DNA of 34,636 bases from Eubacteriales bacterium. Lineage in GTDB: Bacteria > Bacillota > Clostridia > Oscillospirales > CAG-272. The notes under the pieces are model-generated. The model searched no databases, had not been told where the DNA came from, and saw only the letters and a program-made list of their open reading frames with translations. This document shows positions 31,738 to 34,636 of the stretch, one piece after another. The stretch covers positions 1-34,636 of the forward strand of contig JBGVOJ010000174.1 in NCBI GenBank assembly GCA_045126415.1, given 5' to 3'. Position 1 is the stretch's first letter. Each line of letters opens with the position of its first letter. Both the position numbers and the translations under genes were made by a program.

Positions 31738-33147
31738 TTAAATTATTTTGGCTTCCAGGCAGAACGTCGATACGCCCGTGACTTCCACGTCCACGAACCG
31801 TCCGATCAGCGCACGGTCTCCCGCAAAATGTACGGGACGTACGGGGTCACCGCGTCCGGTGAGCATATTCTCGTCGTTCTTGCTGACGTCTTCCGCCAGA
31901 ACGCGCAGTTTGCGTCCGAGGAAACGTGCGTTCCGCTCGTCCGAGATTTTGTTCTGCGCCGCCAGCAGACGTTCGAACCGCGCCGTCGAGACTTCATGCG
32001 GCACCTGATTTTCCATCTTCGCCGCCGGAGTACCGTTTCTCGGGGAGTAGATGAACGAGAAGATCATGTCGTACCGCGCCGCTTCGAGCATCCGGAGCGT
32101 GCCTTCGAAGTCTTCCTCCGTTTCACCGGGGAACCCGACGATGATGTCCGACGTGATCGACACGTCCGGTACCGCCGCCCGCAGCTTCGCAATCTTTTCC
32201 AGATACGCTTCCGCCGTGTACTTCCGGTTCATCTGCTTCAGAATCTCATTCGATCCCGACTGCACCGGCAGATGGAAGTGCTTCACGATCTTTTCTTCCG
32301 TCGCCATCGCCTCAATCAGACGGTCGGACGCGTCCTTCGGATGGCTCGTCATGAACCGCAGACGGAAATCCCCGTCGAGAGCGGCGATCCGGTGGAGCAG
32401 ATCCGCGATGTCGCAGCCGTCCCCGCCGTTGTACGAGTTCACGTTCTGCCCGAGCAGGGTGATGTCGCGCGCACCGTCGGCGATGAGCTGCTTCGCTTCT
32501 TCGATAATGTCTTCCGCACGGCGGCTGCGTTCGCGTCCGCGGACGTAGGGAACGATGCAGTACGAGCAGAAATTGTTGCAGCCGTACATGATCGACAGCC
32601 ATGCCATGTGCTTCGAGGTCCGCGCGATCGGCAGACCTTCCGCGATCGTCCAGTTTTCGCTGAGGATGAACTGACGGCTCTTTTTCTCAAGTGCGGCGAG
32701 TACCAGCGAGGGAACGCGGTGAATCGCGCCCGTGTCAAAGGTGAACGAAACGTAGGGATAGCTCATTTTCAGCTTGGTGGCACGCGCTTCCTGCGTGACC
32801 ATGCACCCGCCGACACCGATCACGACGTCCGGGTTCGCGTCCTTGATGTGCTTGTACTGCCCGATGATGGACAGCGCCTTCTTTTCGGCGTGTTCGCGGA
32901 TGGCGCAGGTGTTCACGAGGATCAGGAGCGCTTCCTGCGGCGTGTCCGCGCGGGTGTAGCCCATCGTTTCGCAGAGACCCGCGAGCCGTTCGCTGTCCGC
33001 CTCGTTCTGCTGGCAGCCGAAGGTCTGGATGAAATACTTCGGCGTGACCCCGCGTTTCGCATGGCGTGCGGCGACTTTGTCTGCGACCGCAAGCTCGGGA
33101 GCAACGGTGGGATCAATGATTTTGGATTCGATATAGTTTGCTGCCAT
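31738..33147 (-). CDS. miaB: tRNA-2-methylthio-N6-dimethylallyladenosine synthase
   Basis: KYFIQTFGCQQNEADSE (MTTase N-terminal domain), radical-SAM CNNFCSYCIVP, C-terminal TRAM domain. Confidence 0.93.
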   Translation of the reverse strand: MAANYIESKIIDPTVAPELAVADKVAARHAKRGVTPKYFIQTFGCQQNEADSERLAGLCETMGYTRADTPQEALLILVNTCAIREHAEKKALSIIGQYKHIKDANPDVVIGVGGCMVTQEARATKLKMSYPYVSFTFDTGAIHRVPSLVLAALEKKSRQFILSENWTIAEGLPIARTSKHMAWLSIMYGCNNFCSYCIVPYVRGRERSRRAEDIIEEAKQLIADGARDITLLGQNVNSYNGGDGCDIADLLHRIAALDGDFRLRFMTSHPKDASDRLIEAMATEEKIVKHFHLPVQSGSNEILKQMNRKYTAEAYLEKIAKLRAAVPDVSITSDIIVGFPGETEEDFEGTLRMLEAARYDMIFSFIYSPRNGTPAAKMENQVPHEVSTARFERLLAAQNKISDERNARFLGRKLRVLAEDVSKNDENMLTGRGDPVRPVHFAGDRALIGRFVDVEVTGVSTFCLEAKII

Positions 33148-33190
33148 AGGTTTGGTTTTATTCCTTCTATATAAACTGTTGTCAGAGAGA

Positions 33191-34195
33191 TTACGGTTCT
33201 ATAAATTCCGTCCGTGCACCGTCGGTTGCGGTAATGCCGCCGTCCGATGCCACCAGCACAGCTTCAAATCCGCCGGCCGTTTCGTACAGTTCCATCGCCG
33301 CGTCCGTGCCCATCACGAACAGTGCCGTCGACAGCGCATCCGCCGCTGCACCGCTCATGCAGTATACCGCTGTTTCGCGCAGACCGCTGTCCGCCGGATA
33401 CCCCGTGGACGGATCGAAAATATGATGATAACGTACACCGTTTTCTTCAAAATACCGCTCGTAATCGCCGGAAACCGCGACAAATCCGTCGTCAATGTGC
33501 AGATAGCCGAGGACGCCGTTCGGATCGTCCGGTTCGCGGATGCCGATTTTGTATGGCGTGCCGTCGGGCTTGTCCCCGAATACGCCGATCGTTCCGCCGA
33601 CGGAAACCAGTCCGTAGGGGATGTCCGTCGTCTTGAGATACCGGATCAGTTCATCCGCAGCCGCACCTTTTCCGATGCCGCCGAGGTCAATCTGTACGGC
33701 TGTATCGGGACGCATGACGGTGTTCCGCCGGTCGTCAAGGGTGATGTTTTCATAGCCGACGTGGGCAAGGATTGCATCAATGTCGGACTGCGCGGGAACC
33801 GGTCCGCCGCCCGTGACATTCCACAGCTCCGCGAGACCGCCCGCCGTGAAGTCGAACGCGCCGTCTGTCATTTCCGAAATGTCATACGCCGTAACCAGCA
33901 CGGCTTCCAGTACATCGCTGATTTCCGTGAACTCCGTATCGCTGTGATTCAGGGCGTACAGTTCACTTGCCGGATCGTGTGCCGACAGGACGGATTCCAG
34001 TTCCGCGACAATGCGTTCGCATTCCGCCGCTGCTTCGTCGAGTTGTTTTTCCGTGACGCCCGTCCGCGCCAGACGTACGGTGATATACGTGTCCATCGCG
34101 AAAAATACGGTGTCACGGTATTCCTCCGGTTCACGCACACATCCGGAAAGCAGCAGGACGAGCGAGAGAACGAGGGCAAAAATTCGTAGTTTCAT
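33191..34195 (-). CDS. apbE: FAD:protein FMN transferase (ApbE family lipoprotein)
   Basis: The start is trimmed to ATG 34195, which overlaps the upstream stop (ATGA). Lipobox LLLSGC, then FAMDTYITV and DLGGIGKGAAAD, typical of ApbE. Confidence 0.85.
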   Translation of the reverse strand: MKLRIFALVLSLVLLLSGCVREPEEYRDTVFFAMDTYITVRLARTGVTEKQLDEAAAECERIVAELESVLSAHDPASELYALNHSDTEFTEISDVLEAVLVTAYDISEMTDGAFDFTAGGLAELWNVTGGGPVPAQSDIDAILAHVGYENITLDDRRNTVMRPDTAVQIDLGGIGKGAAADELIRYLKTTDIPYGLVSVGGTIGVFGDKPDGTPYKIGIREPDDPNGVLGYLHIDDGFVAVSGDYERYFEENGVRYHHIFDPSTGYPADSGLRETAVYCMSGAAADALSTALFVMGTDAAMELYETAGGFEAVLVASDGGITATDGARTEFIEP

Positions 34196-34636
34196 CGTTT
34201 TTTGGTGATAAATTCCGGCATAAGGTTCAGAATCACTCCGTTGACCGTGCCGTAGAAGGCCGACGCCGCAAAGAGCGCGGGAGTATATGCCAGTACCGCG
34301 GACCCTGTCAGAAGCACCGCCGCTGTGAGCTGACCGAGGTTGTGCGCCGTCGCACAGAGAACGGAGACGCCGATGAAGCTCAGTCCGGGCAGTCTGCCGG
34401 CAATGCAGAGCATCGCGATCACCAGCGCACCGCCGCATAAGCTGAACAGGAGCGAGGTGACGTTCCCGAAGAGGAGAAACGTAATCAGGCACCGGCAGAG
34501 CGAAATGACCGCCGCGTTCGCGATGCTGTGGGTCCGGTAGAAGACAGCGAGGATCGCGAGGTTGGCAAGTCCGATTTTGAATCCGGGAAGGGGAAGAACC
34601 GCCGCCGGAAGAAGCGATTCCACAAAGGAGAGGATC
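34192..34636 (-). CDS. Gx transporter family membrane protein (heptaprenyl diphosphate synthase component I-like), 5'-truncated by the window end
   Basis: ESLLPAAVLPLPGFKIGLANLAILAVFY resembles the conserved IESLIP..PG.KLGLANI segment. The reading frame stays open to the window edge. Adjacency to apbE is common for this family (from memory). Confidence 0.55.
   Translation of the reverse strand, partial: ILSFVESLLPAAVLPLPGFKIGLANLAILAVFYRTHSIANAAVISLCRCLITFLLFGNVTSLLFSLCGGALVIAMLCIAGRLPGLSFIGVSVLCATAHNLGQLTAAVLLTGSAVLAYTPALFAASAFYGTVNGVILNLMPEFITKKR

Overview
This is a 34.6-kb chromosomal fragment of roughly 60% GC (judged by eye). It most likely comes from a Clostridia (Oscillospiraceae/Ruminococcaceae-like) anaerobe. 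The evidence for that is T-box regulation and Bacillus/Clostridium-type synteny (miaB-ymcA-mutS-mutL, rimO-pgsA, recA...recX). Positions 1-57 are a poly(C) artefact at a contig end. I recognise 32 protein-coding genes, mostly housekeeping: an ABC-2/GldG-like/DUF4340-like transporter operon, pgeF, gpmI, a SLOG protein, an orphan OmpR-type regulator, a Cys T-box leader driving cysE-CPBP protease-cysS, ogg, rimO, pgsA, recA/recF/recX, tgt, mutS/mutL, miaB and apbE. Four things stand out. (1) A 7-copy dispersed palindromic intergenic repeat family sits 11-16 nt behind stop codons or directly in front of start codons. (2) A second, structured module that ends in a terminator occurs three times: an inverted pair at 9.35-9.8 kb and one copy between recA and recF. 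Its stems show compensatory changes, so it is a candidate sRNA or MITE-like family. (3) A low-GC two-gene type II restriction-modification island (MT-A70 methyltransferase plus BglII/BamHI-fold endonuclease) is inserted seamlessly between pgsA and ogg. (4) A free-standing E2-type lipoyl domain is flanked by two lipoate-protein ligase paralogues. I recognised no rRNA, tRNA, CRISPR array, transposase or integrase. All family assignments come from motif recognition by eye and need HMM/BLAST confirmation.
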